NCBI GenBank assembly: GCA_964057225.1
Contig: OZ059896.1
Coordinates: 20,026,001 to 20,090,000 of the forward strand
Length of the DNA: 64,000 bases
Reading direction: 5' to 3'
Source of the DNA: Auanema rhodensis
Lineage: Eukaryota; Animalia; Nematoda
The position numbers and the translations under genes are program-made. Each line of letters begins with the position of its first letter. Position 1 is the stretch's first letter. Positions 1 to 12,280 of this stretch are shown in pieces. The notes beneath the pieces were generated by a model. That model was given only the letters and a program-made list of their open reading frames with translations, had not been told where the DNA came from and searched no databases.

Positions 1-16
1 TACACTCAACATTGCT

Positions 17-88
17 TCCAAAAACATTTTGACAAAAATTTTTTCGAAAAATTTCAAAATAATTTAGCAAAAAGTAGATGTTTTTAGA
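17..88. other. AT-rich dyad cluster, present in every monomer
   Basis: TTTTTCGAAAAA (40-51) is a perfect 12-bp palindrome. ATTTTGA(26-32)/TCAAAAT(54-60) and TCCAAAAACAT(17-27)/ATGTTTTTAGA(78-88, 10 of 11) are further inverted pairs. Confidence 0.8.
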
Positions 89-194
89 TTCCTTTTTTTA
101 AGGCAAAAACGATGGACAATGTTATTCAACGAAAAAATTAATTCTTCAGGGTGAAAATCGAGGATATAAGTGTGAACTTATATCAGTTGATATC

Positions 195-261
195 TCGGTG
201 CATTTTTAAGCTAGCGCAAATCTGATAACACAGATCGACGCAGCTTAAAAATCCGCATCGA
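195..261. other. Long imperfect inverted repeat (hairpin/cruciform potential), present in every monomer
   Basis: TCGGTGC(195-201)/GCATCGA(255-261) with one G-T; ATTTTTAAGCT(202-212)/AGCTTAAAAAT(242-252) perfect over 11 bp; GCG(214-216)/CGC(239-241); ATCTG(220-224)/CAGAT(231-235); 6-nt loop ATAACA. Confidence 0.9.
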
Positions 262-335
262 ATGCACTATACTACATTGAGAAACGCTTAATACAAAAAT
301 TAGTTATGATCGTTTGAAAAATGATGCATTAGTGT

Positions 336-363
336 ATGTTGAGTTTCCATGTACACTCAACAT
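336..363. other. 9-bp perfect inverted repeat with 10-nt spacer, present in every monomer
   Basis: ATGTTGAGT(336-344) / ACTCAACAT(355-363). An overlapping alternative pairing is AGTGTA(331-336)/TACACT(352-357). Confidence 0.85.
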
Positions 364-2456
364 TGCTTCCAAAAACATTTTGACAAAAATTTTTTCGAAA
401 AATTTCAAAATAATTTAGCAAAAAGTAGATGTTTTTAGATTCCATTTTTCAAGGCAAAGACGATAGACAATGTTATTCAACGAAAAAATTAATTCTTCAG
501 GGTGAAAATCGAGGATATAAGTGTGAACTTATATCAGTTGATATCTCGGTGCATTTTCAAGCTAGCGCAAATCTGATAACACAGATCGACGCAGCTTAAA
601 AATCCGCATCGAATGCACTATACTACATTGAGAAACGCTTAATACAAAAATTAGTTATGATCGTTTGAAAAATGATGCATTAGTGTATGTTGAGTTTCCA
701 TGTACACTCAACATTGCTTCCAAAAACATTTTGACAAAACTTTTTCGAAAAATTTCAAAATAATTTAGCAAAAAGTAGATGTTTTTAGATTTCTTTTTTT
801 AAGGCAAAAACGATGGACAATGTTATTCAACGAAAAAATTAGTTCTTCAGGGTGAAAATCGAGGATGTAAGTGTGAACTTATATCAGTTGATATCTCGGT
901 GCATTTTTAAGCTAGCGCAAATCTGATAACACAGATCGACGCAGCTTAAAAATCTGCATCGAATGCACTATACTACATCAAGAAACGCTTAATACAAAAA
1001 TTAGTTATGATCGTTTGAAAAATGATGCATTAGTGTATGTTGAGTTTCCATGTACACTCAACATTGCTTCCAAAAACATTTTGACAAAAATTTTTTCGAA
1101 AAATTTCAAAATAATTTAGCAAAAAGTAGATGTTTTTAGATTCCATTTTTCAAGGCAAAGACGATAGACAATGTTATTCAACGAAAAAATTAATTCTTCA
1201 GGGTGAAAATCGAGGATATAAGTGTGAACTTATATCAGTTGATATCTCGGTGCATTTTCAAGCTAGCGCAAATCTGATAACACAGATCGACGCAGCTTAA
1301 AAATCCGCATCGAATGCACTATACTACATTGAGAAACGCTTAATACAAAAATTAGTTATGATCGTTTGAAAAATGATGCATTAGTGTATGTTGAGTTTCC
1401 ATGTATACTCAACATTGCTTCCAAAAACATTTTGACAAAAATTTTTTCGAAAAATTTCAAAATAATTTAGCAAAAAGTAGATGTTTTTAGATTCCATTTT
1501 TCAAGGCAAAGACGATAGACAATGTTATTCAACGAAAAAATTAATTCTTCAGGGTGAAAATCGAGGATATAAGTGTGAACTTATATCAGTTGATATCTCG
1601 GTGCATTTTCAAGCTAGCGCAAATCTGATAACACAGATCGACGCAGCTTAAAAATCCGCATCGAATGCACTATACTACATTGAGAAACGCTTAATACAAA
1701 AATTAGTTATGATCGTTTGAAAAATGATGCATTAGTGTATGTTGAGTTTCCATGTACACTCAACATTGCTTCCAAAAACATTTTGACAAAACTTTTTTCG
1801 AAAAATTTCAAAATAATTTAGCAAAAAGTAGATGTTTTTAGATTTCTTTTTTTAAGGCAAAAACGATGGACAATGTTATTCAACGAAAAAATTAGTTCTT
1901 CAGGGTGAAAATCGAGGATATAAGTGTGAACTTATATCAGTTGATATCTCGGTGCATTTTTAAGCTAGCGCAAATCTGATAACACAGATCGACGCAGCTT
2001 AAAAATCTGCATCGAATGCACTATACTACATCAAGAAACGCTTAATACAAAAATTAGTTATGATCGTTTGAAAAATGATGCATTAGTGTATGTTGAGTTT
2101 CCATGTACACTCAACATTGCTTCCAAAAACATTTTGACAAAAATTTTTTCGAAAAATTTCAAAATAATTTAGCAAAAAGTAGATGTTTTTAGATTCCTTT
2201 TTTTAAGGCAAAAACGATGGACAATGTTATTCAACGAAAAAATTAATTCTTCAGGGTGAAAATCGAGGATATAAGTGTGAACTTATATCAGTTGATATCT
2301 CGGTGCATTTTCAAGCTAGCGCAAATCTGATAACACAGATCGACGCAGCTTAAAAATCCGCATCGAATGCACTATACTACATTGAGAAACGCTTAATACA
2401 AAAATTAGTTATGATCGTTTGAAAAATGATGCATTAGTGTATGTTGAGTTTCCATG

Positions 2457-4913
2457 TACACTCAACATTGCTTCCAAAAACATTTTGACAAAAATTTTTT
2501 CGAAAAATTTCAAAATAATTTAGCAAAAAGTAGATGTTTTTAGATTCCATTTTTCAAGGCAAAGACGATAGACAGTGTTATTCAACGAAAAAATCAATTC
2601 TTCAGGGTGAAAATCGAGGATATAAGTGTGAACTTATATCAGTTGATATCTCGGTGCATTTTCAAGCTAGCGCAAATCTGATAACACAGATCGACGCAGC
2701 TTAAAAATCCGCATCGAATGCACTATACTACATTGAGAAACGCTTAATACAAAAATTAGTTATGATCGTTTGAAAAATGATGCATTAGTGTATGTTGAGT
2801 TTCCATGTACACTCAACATTGCTTCCAAAAACATTTTGACAAAAATTTTTTCGAAAAATTTCAAAATAATTTAGCAAAGAGTAGATGTTTTTAGATTCCA
2901 TTTTTCAAGGCAAAGACGATAGACAATGTTATTCAACGAAAAAATTAATTCTTCAGGGTGAAAATCGAGGATATAAGTGTGAATTTATATCAGTTGATAT
3001 CTCGGTGCATTTTCAAGCTAGCGCAAATCTGATAACACAGATCGACGCAGCTTAAAAATCCGCATCGAATGCACTATACTACATTGAGAAACGCTTAATA
3101 CAAAAATTAGTTATGATCGTTTGAAAAATGATGCATTAGTGTATGTTGAGTTTCCATGTACACTCAACATTGCTTCCAAAAACATTTTGACAAAAATTTT
3201 TTCGAAAAATTTCAAAATAATTTAGCAAAAAGTAGATGTTTTTAGATTCCATTTTTCAAGGCAAAGACGATAGACAGTGTTATTCAACGAAAAAATCAAT
3301 TCTTCAGGGTGAAAATCGAGGATATAAGTGTGAACTTATATCAGTTGATATCTCGGTGCATTTTCAAGCTAGCGCAAATCTGATAACACAGATCGACGCA
3401 GCTTAAAAATCCGCATCGAATGCACTATACTACATTGAGAAACGCTTAATACAAAAATTAGTTATGATCGTTTGAAAAATGATGCATTAGTGTATGTTGA
3501 GTTTCCATGTACACTCAACATTGCTTCCAAAAACATTTTGACAAAAATTTTTTCGAAAAATTTCAAAATAATTTAGCAAAGAGTAGATGTTTTTAGATTC
3601 CATTTTTCAAGGCAAAGACGATAGACAATGTTATTCAACGAAAAAATTAATTCTTCAGGGTGAAAATCGAGGATATAAGTGTGAATTTATATCAGTTGAT
3701 ATCTCGGTGCATTTTCAAGCTAGCGCAAATCTGATAACACAGATCGACGCAGCTTAAAAATCCGCATCGAATGCACTATACTACATTGAGAAACGCTTAA
3801 TACAAAAATTAGTTATGATCGTTTGAAAAATGATGCATTAGTGTATGTTGAGTTTCCATGTACACTCAACATTGCTTCCAAAAACATTTTGACAAAAATT
3901 TTTTCGAAAAATTTCAAAATAATTTAGCAAAAAGTAGATGTTTTTAGATTCCATTTTTCAAGGCAAAGACGATAGACAGTGTTATTCAACGAAAAAATCA
4001 ATTCTTCAGGGTGAAAATCGAGGATATAAGTGTGAACTTATATCAGTTGATATCTCGGTGCATTTTCAAGCTAGCGCAAATCTGATAACACAGATCGACG
4101 CAGCTTAAAAATCCGCATCGAATGCACTATACTACATTGAGAAACGCTTAATACAAAAATTAGTTATGATCGTTTGAAAAATGATGCATTAGTGTATGTT
4201 GAGTTTCCATGTACACTCAACATTGCTTCCAAAAACATTTTGACAAAAATTTTTTCGAAAAATTTCAAAATAATTTAGCAAAGAGTAGATGTTTTTAGAT
4301 TCCATTTTTCAAGGCAAAGACGATAGACAATGTTATTCAACGAAAAAATTAATTCTTCAGGGTGAAAATCGAGGATATAAGTGTGAATTTATATCAGTTG
4401 ATATCTCGGTGCATTTTCAAGCTAGCGCAAATCTGATAACACAGATCGACGCAGCTTAAAAATCCGCATCGAATGCACTATACTACATTGAGAAACGCTT
4501 AATACAAAAATTAGTTATGATCGTTTGAAAAATGATGCATTAGTGTATGTTGAGTTTCCATGTACACTCAACATTGCTTCCAAAAACATTTTGACAAAAA
4601 TTTTTTCGAAAAATTTCAAAATAATTTAGCAAAAAGTAGATGTTTTTAGATTCCATTTTTCAAGGCAAAGACGATAGACAGTGTTATTCAACGAAAAAAT
4701 CAATTCTTCAGGGTGAAAATCGAGGATATAAGTGTGAACTTATATCAGTTGATATCTCGGTGCATTTTCAAGCTAGCGCAAATCTGATAACACAGATCGA
4801 CGCAGCTTAAAAATCCGCATCGAATGCACTATACTACATTGAGAAACGCTTAATACAAAAATTAGTTATGATCGTTTGAAAAATGATGCATTAGTGTATG
4901 TTGAGTTTCCATG
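2457..4913. repeat. Local dimeric higher-order repeat, 702 bp x 3.5
   Basis: Copies at 2457, 3159, 3861 and 4563 carry A119G+T139C. The alternating copies at 2808, 3510 and 4212 carry A72G+C177T. Confidence 0.9.
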
Positions 4914-5614
4914 TACACTCAACATTGCTTCCAAAAACATTTTGACAAAAATTTTTTCGAAAAATTTCAAAATAATTTAGCAAAAAGTAGATGTTTTTAG
5001 ATTCCTTTTTTTAAGGCAAAAACAATGGACAATGTTATTCAACGAAAAAATTAATTCTTCAGGGTGAAAATCGAGGATATAAGTGTGAACTTATATCAGT
5101 TGATATCTCGGTGCATTTTCAAGCTAGCGCAAATCTGATAACACAGATCGACGCAGCTTAAAAATCCGCATCGGATGCACTATACTACATTGAGAAACGC
5201 TTAATACAAAAATTAGTTATGATCGTTTGAAAAATGATGCATTAGTGTATGTTGAGTTTCCATGTACACTCAACATTGCTTCCAAAAACATTTTGACAAA
5301 AATTTTTTCGAAAAATTTCAAAATAATTTAGCAAAAAGTAGATATTTTAGATTCCATTTTTCAAGGCAAAGACGATAGACAATGTTATTCAACGAAAAAA
5401 TTAATTCTTCAGGGTGAAAATCGAGGATATAAGTGTGAATTTATATCAGTTGATATCTCGGTGCATTTTCAAGCTAGCGCAAATCTGATAACACAGATCG
5501 ACGCAGCTTAAAAATCCGCATCGAATGCACTATACTACATTGAGAAACGCTTAATACAAAAATTAGTTATGATCGTTTGAAAAATGATGCATTAGTGTAT
5601 GTTGAGTTTCCATG

Positions 5615-8600
5615 TACACTCAACATTGCTTCCAAAAACATTTTGACAAAAATTTTTTCGAAAAATTTCAAAATAATTTAGCAAAAAGTAGATGTTTTTA
5701 GATTCCTTTTTTCAAGGCAAAGACGATGGACAATGTTATTCAACGAAAAAATTAATTCTTCAGGGTGAAAATAGAGGATATAAGTGTGAACTTATATCAG
5801 TTGATATCTCGGTGCATTTTTAAGCTAGCGCAAATCTGATAACACAGATCGGCGCAGCTTAAAATCCGCATCGAATGCACTATACTACATTGAGAAACGC
5901 TTGATACAAAAATTAGTTATGATCGTTTGAAAAATGATGCATTAGTGTATGTTGAGTTTCCATGTACACTCAACATTGCTTCCAAAAACATTTCGACAAA
6001 AATTTTTTCGAAAAATTTCAAAATAATTTAGCAAAAAGTAGATGTTTTTAGATTCCATTTTTCAAGGCAAAGACGATAGACAATGTTATTCAACGAAAAA
6101 ATTAATTCTTCAGGGTGAAAATCGAGGATATAAGTGTGAATTTATATCAGTTGATATCTCGGTGCATTTTCAAGCTAGCGCAAATCTGATAACACAGATC
6201 GACGCAGCTTAAAAATCCGCATCGAATGCACTATACTACATTGAGAAACGCTTAATACAAAAATTAGTTATGATCGTTTGAAAAATGATGCATTAGTGTA
6301 TGTTGAGTTTCCATGTACACTCAACATTGCTTCCAAAAACATTTTGACAAAAATTTTTTCGAAAAATTTCAAAATAATTTAGCAAAAAGTAGATGTTTTT
6401 AGATTCCATTTTTCAAGGCAAAGACGATAGACAGTGTTATTCAACGAAAAAATCAATTCTTCAGGATGAAAATCGAGGATATAAGTGTGAACTTATATCA
6501 GTTGATATCTCGGTGCATTTTCAAGCTAGCGCAAATCTGATAACACAGATCGACGCAGCTTAAAAATCCGCATCGAATGCACTATACTACATTGAGAAAC
6601 GCTTAATACAAAAATTAGTTATGATCGTTTGAAAAATGATGCATTAGTGTATGTTGAGTTTCCATGTACACTCAACATTGCTTCCAAAAACATTTTGACA
6701 AAAATTTTTTCGAAAAATTTCAAAATAATTTAGCAAAAAGTAGATGTTTTTAGATTCCTTTTTTTAAGGCAAAAACGATGGACAATGTTATTCAACGAAA
6801 AAATTAATTCTTCAGGGTGAAAATCGAGGATATAAGTGTGAACTTATATCAGTTGATATCTCGGTGCATTTTCAAGCTAGCGCAAATCTGATAACACAGA
6901 TCGACGCAGCTTAAAAATCCGCATCGAATGCACTATACTACATTGAGAAACGCTTAATACAAAAATTAGTTATGATCGTTTGAAAAATGATGCATTAGTG
7001 TATGTTGAGTTTCCATGTACACTCAACATTGCTTCCAAAAACATTTTGACAAAAATTTTTTCGAAAAATTTCAAAATAATTTAGCAAAAAGTAGATGTTT
7101 TTAGATTCCTTTTTTTAAGGCAAAAACGATGGACAATGTTATTCAACGAAAAAATTAATTCTTCAGGGTGAAAATCGAGGATATAAGTGTGAACTTATAT
7201 CAGTTGATATCTCGGTGCATTTTTAAGCTAGCGCAAATCTGATAACACAGATCGACGCAGCTTAAAAATCCGCATCGAATGCACTATACTACATTGAGAA
7301 ACGCTTAATACAAAAATTAGTTATGATCGTTTGAAAAATGATGCATTAGTGTATGTTGAGTTTCCATGTACACTCAACATTGCTTCCAAAAACATTTTGA
7401 CAAAAATTTTTTCGAAAAATTTCAAAATAATTTAGCAAAAAGTAGATGTTTTTAGATTCCATTTTTCAAGGCAAAGACGATAGACAATGTTATTCAACGA
7501 AAAAATTAATTCTTCAGGGTGAAAATCGAGGATATAAGTGTGAACTTATATCAGTTGATATCTCGGTGCATTTTCAAGCTAGCGCAAATCTGATAACACA
7601 GATCGACGCAGCTTAAAAATCCGCATCGAATGCACTATACTACATTGAGAAACGCTTAATACAAAAATTAGTTATGATCGTTTGAAAAATGATGCATTAG
7701 TGTATGTTGAGTTTCCATGTACACTCAACATTGCTTCCAAAAACATTTTGACAAAAATTTTTTCGAAAAATTTCGAAATAATTTAGCAAAAAGTAGATGT
7801 TTTTAGATTCCTTTTTTTAAGGCAAAAACGATGGACAATGTTATTCAACGAAAAAATTAATTCTTCAGGGTGAAAATCGAGGATATAAGTGTGAACTTAT
7901 ATCAGTTGATATCTCGGTGCATTTTTAAGCTAGCGCAAATCTGATAACACAGATCGACGCAGCTTAAAAATCCGCATCGAATGCACTATACTACATTGAG
8001 AAACGCTTAATACAAAAATTAGTTATGATCGTTTGAAAAATGATGCATTAGTGTATGTTGAGTTTCCATGTACACTCAACATTGCTTCCAAAAACATTTT
8101 GACAAAAATTTTTTCGAAAAATTTCAAAATAATTTAGCAAAAAGTAGATGTTTTTAGATTCCTTTTTTCAAGGCAAAGACGATGGACAATGTTATTCAAC
8201 GAAAAAATTAATTCTTCAGGGTGAAAATAGAGGATATAAGTGTGAACTTATATCAGTTGATATCTCGGTGCATTTTTAAGCTAGCGCAAATCTGATAACA
8301 CAGATCGGCGCAGCTTAAAATCCGCATCGAATGCACTATACTACATTGAGAAACGCTTGATACAAAAATTAGTTATGATCGTTTGAAAAATGATGCATTA
8401 GTGTATGTTGAGTTTCCATGTACACTCAACATTGCTTCCAAAAACATTTCGACAAAAATTTTTTCGAAAAATTTCAAAATAATTTAGCAAAAAGTAGATG
8501 TTTTTAGATTCCATTTTTCAAGGCAAAGACGATAGACAATGTTATTCAACGAAAAAATTAATTCTTCAGGGTGAAAATCGAGGATATAAGTGTGAATTTA

Positions 8601-11600
8601 TATCAGTTGATATCTCGGTGCATTTTCAAGCTAGCGCAAATCTGATAACACAGATCGACGCAGCTTAAAAATCCGCATCGAATGCACTATACTACATTGA
8701 GAAACGCTTAATACAAAAATTAGTTATGATCGTTTGAAAAATGATGCATTAGTGTATGTTGAGTTTCCATGTACACTCAACATTGCTTCCAAAAACATTT
8801 TGACAAAAATTTTTTCGAAAAATTTCAAAATAATTTAGCAAAAAGTAGATGTTTTTAGATTCCATTTTTCAAGGCAAAGACGATAGACAGTGTTATTCAA
8901 CGAAAAAATCAATTCTTCAGGGTGAAAATCGAGGATATAAGTGTGAACTTATATCAGTTGATATCTCGGTGCATTTTCAAGCTAGCGCAAATCTGATAAC
9001 ACAGATCGACGCAGCTTAAAAATCCGCATCGAATGCACTATACTACATTGAGAAACGCTTAATACAAAAATTAGTTATGATCGTTTGAAAAATGATGCAT
9101 TAGTGTATGTTGAGTTTCCATGTACACTCAACATTGCTTCCAAAAACATTTTGACAAAAATTTTTTCGAAAAATTTCAAAATAATTTAGCAAAAAGTAGA
9201 TGTTTTTAGATTCCTTTTTTTAAGGCAAAAACGATGGACAATGTTATTCAACGAAAAAATTAATTCTTCAGGGTGAAAATCGAGGATATAAGTGTGAACT
9301 TATATCAGTTGATATCTCGGTGCATTTTCAAGCTAGCGCAAATCTGATAACACAGATCGACGCAGCTTAAAAATCCGCATCGAATGCACTATACTACATT
9401 GAGAAACGCTTAATACAAAAATTAGTTATGATCGTTTGAAAAATGATGCATTAGTGTATGTTGAGTTTCCATGTACACTCAACATTGCTTCCAAAAACAT
9501 TTTGACAAAAATTTTTTCGAAAAATTTCAAAATAATTTAGCAAAAAGTAGATGTTTTTAGATTCCTTTTTTTAAGGCAAAAACGATGGACAATGTTATTC
9601 AACGAAAAAATTAATTCTTCAGGGTGAAAATCGAGGATATAAGTGTGAACTTATATCAGTTGATATCTCGGTGCATTTTTAAGCTAGCGCAAATCTGATA
9701 ACACAGATCGACGCAGCTTAAAAATCCGCATCGAATGCACTATACTACATTGAGAAACGCTTAATACAAAAATTAGTTATGATCGTTTGAAAAATGATGC
9801 ATTAGTGTATGTTGAGTTTCCATGTACACTCAACATTGCTTCCAAAAACATTTTGACAAAAATTTTTTCGAAAAATTTCAAAATAATTTAGCAAAAAGTA
9901 GATGTTTTTAGATTCCTTTTTTCAAGGCAAAGACGATGGACAATGTTATTCAACGAAAAAATTAATTCTTCAGGGTGAAAATAGAGGATATAAGTGTGAA
10001 CTTATATCAGTTGATATCTCGGTGCATTTTTAAGCTAGCGCAAATCTGATAACACAGATCGGCGCAGCTTAAAATCCGCATCGAATGCACTATACTACAT
10101 TGAGAAACGCTTGATACAAAAATTAGTTATGATCGTTTGAAAAATGATGCATTAGTGTATGTTGAGTTTCCATGTACACTCAACATTGCTTCCAAAAACA
10201 TTTCGACAAAAATTTTTTCGAAAAATTTCAAAATAATTTAGCAAAAAGTAGATGTTTTTAGATTCCATTTTTCAAGGCAAAGACGATAGACAATGTTATT
10301 CAACGAAAAAATTAATTCTTCAGGGTGAAAATCGAGGATATAAGTGTGAATTTATATCAGTTGATATCTCGGTGCATTTTCAAGCTAGCGCAAATCTGAT
10401 AACACAGATCGACGCAGCTTAAAAATCCGCATCGAATGCACTATACTACATTGAGAAACGCTTAATACAAAAATTAGTTATGATCGTTTGAAAAATGATG
10501 CATTAGTGTATGTTGAGTTTCCATGTACACTCAACATTGCTTCCAAAAACATTTTGACAAAAATTTTTTCGAAAAATTTCAAAATAATTTAGCAAAAAGT
10601 AGATGTTTTTAGATTCCATTTTTCAAGGCAAAGACGATAGACAGTGTTATTCAACGAAAAAATCAATTCTTCAGGGTGAAAATCGAGGATATAAGTGTGA
10701 ACTTATATCAGTTGATATCTCGGTGCATTTTCAAGCTAGCGCAAATCTGATAACACAGATCGACGCAGCTTAAAAATCCGCATCGAATGCACTATACTAC
10801 ATTGAGAAACGCTTAATACAAAAATTAGTTATGATCGTTTGAAAAATGATGCATTAGTGTATGTTGAGTTTCCATGTACACTCAACATTGCTTCCAAAAA
10901 CATTTTGACAAAAATTTTTTCGAAAAATTTCAAAATAATTTAGCAAAAAGTAGATGTTTTTAGATTCCTTTTTTTAAGGCAAAAACGATGGACAATGTTA
11001 TTCAACGAAAAAATTAATTCTTCAGGGTGAAAATCGAGGATATAAGTGTGAACTTATATCAGTTGATATCTCGGTGCATTTTCAAGCTAGCGCAAATCTG
11101 ATAACACAGATCGACGCAGCTTAAAAATCCGCATCGAATGCACTATACTACATTGAGAAACGCTTAATACAAAAATTAGTTATGATCGTTTGAAAAATGA
11201 TGCATTAGTGTATGTTGAGTTTCCATGTACACTCAACATTGCTTCCAAAAACATTTTGACAAAAATTTTTTCGAAAAATTTCAAAATAATTTAGCAAAAA
11301 GTAGATGTTTTTAGATTCCTTTTTTTAAGGCAAAAACGATGGACAATGTTATTCAACGAAAAAATTAATTCTTCAGGGTGAAAATCGAGGATATAAGTGT
11401 GAACTTATATCAGTTGATATCTCGGTGCATTTTTAAGCTAGCGCAAATCTGATAACACAGATCGACGCAGCTTAAAAATCCGCATCGAATGCACTATACT
11501 ACATTGAGAAACGCTTAATACAAAAATTAGTTATGATCGTTTGAAAAATGATGCATTAGTGTATGTTGAGTTTCCATGTACACTCAACATTGCTTCCAAA

Positions 11601-12280
11601 AACATTTTGACAAAAATTTTTTCGAAAAATTTCAAAATAATTTAGCAAAAAGTAGATGTTTTTAGATTCCATTTTTCAAGGCAAAGACGATAGACAATGT
11701 TATTCAACGAAAAAATTAATTCTTCAGGGTGAAAATCGAGGATATAAGTGTGAACTTATATCAGTTGATATCTCGGTGCATTTTCAAGCTAGCGCAAATC
11801 TGATAACACAGATCGACGCAGCTTAAAAATCCGCATCGAATGCACTATACTACATTGAGAAACGCTTAATACAAAAATTAGTTATGATCGTTTGAAAAAT
11901 GATGCATTAGTGTATGTTGAGTTTCCATGTACACTCAACATTGCTTCCAAAAACATTTTGACAAAAATTTTTTCGAAAAATTTCGAAATAATTTAGCAAA
12001 AAGTAGATGTTTTTAGATTCCTTTTTTTAAGGCAAAAACGATGGACAATGTTATTCAACGAAAAAATTAATTCTTCAGGGTGAAAATCGAGGATATAAGT
12101 GTGAACTTATATCAGTTGATATCTCGGTGCATTTTTAAGCTAGCGCAAATCTGATAACACAGATCGACGCAGCTTAAAAATCCGCATCGAATGCACTATA
12201 CTACATTGAGAAACGCTTAATACAAAAATTAGTTATGATCGTTTGAAAAATGATGCATTAGTGTATGTTGAGTTTCCATG
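5615..12280. repeat. Local higher-order repeat: 7-mer (5615-8070), truncated 5-mer (8071-9824), 7-mer (9825-12280)
   Basis: A 350-bp marker monomer (C159A, A238G, delA in m247-251, A290G) sits at 5615, 8071 and 9825. Each is followed by a T30C+C177T copy and then an A119G+T139C copy. An A56G copy closes the 7-mers at 7720 and 11930. Confidence 0.88.

Larger units (their letters stand above)
1..351. repeat. Representative monomer (phase arbitrary): A/T-tract-rich first part (~24% GC in m1-145) and GC-richer part (~39% GC in m181-290)
   Basis: Direct base count gives 52 C + 56 G in 351 nt and 12 CpG. Main polymorphic sites are m93 T/A, m99 T/C, m108 A/G, m114 G/A, m207 T/C, m253-255, m278-279 and m290 A/G. 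Confidence 0.97.

Noticed and set aside
42-58. CENP-B box-like motif at TTTCGAAAAATTTCAAA
   Set aside because: It matches only the TTCG....A half; the CGGG half is absent.
195-261. Intact MITE or Helitron, or a rho-independent terminator
   Set aside because: No terminal inverted repeats with target-site duplication and no hairpin-plus-CTRR end arrangement. There is no gene context or U-tract to support a terminator.
95-315. Satellite-encoded hammerhead ribozyme, as known from newt, schistosome and cave-cricket satellites
   Set aside because: The plus strand has CTGATAA (222-228, not CUGANGA) and GAAACG/CGTTT, but no stem I. The minus strand has CTGAAGA (complement of 143-149), but I could not build stems I and II around it. 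An Infernal search with Rfam hammerhead models on a dimer would settle it.
1-351. Tandem RNA-gene unit (5S rRNA, tRNA, snRNA, spliced leader) or rDNA spacer
   Set aside because: No recognisable conserved sequence, cloverleaf or Pol III A/B/C boxes on either strand by inspection. An Rfam scan was not run.
1-351. Monomer as an ancient dimer of ~175-bp subunits
   Set aside because: Only short A/T-tract similarities (e.g. CATTTT at m25 and m201) align at that offset, which is not distinguishable from chance by eye.
1-351. Assignment to a named family such as the Drosophila 1.688/359-bp or tenebrionid ~350-360-bp satellites
   Set aside because: Length and AT content are similar, but I recognise no diagnostic sequence identity. 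A database search is needed.
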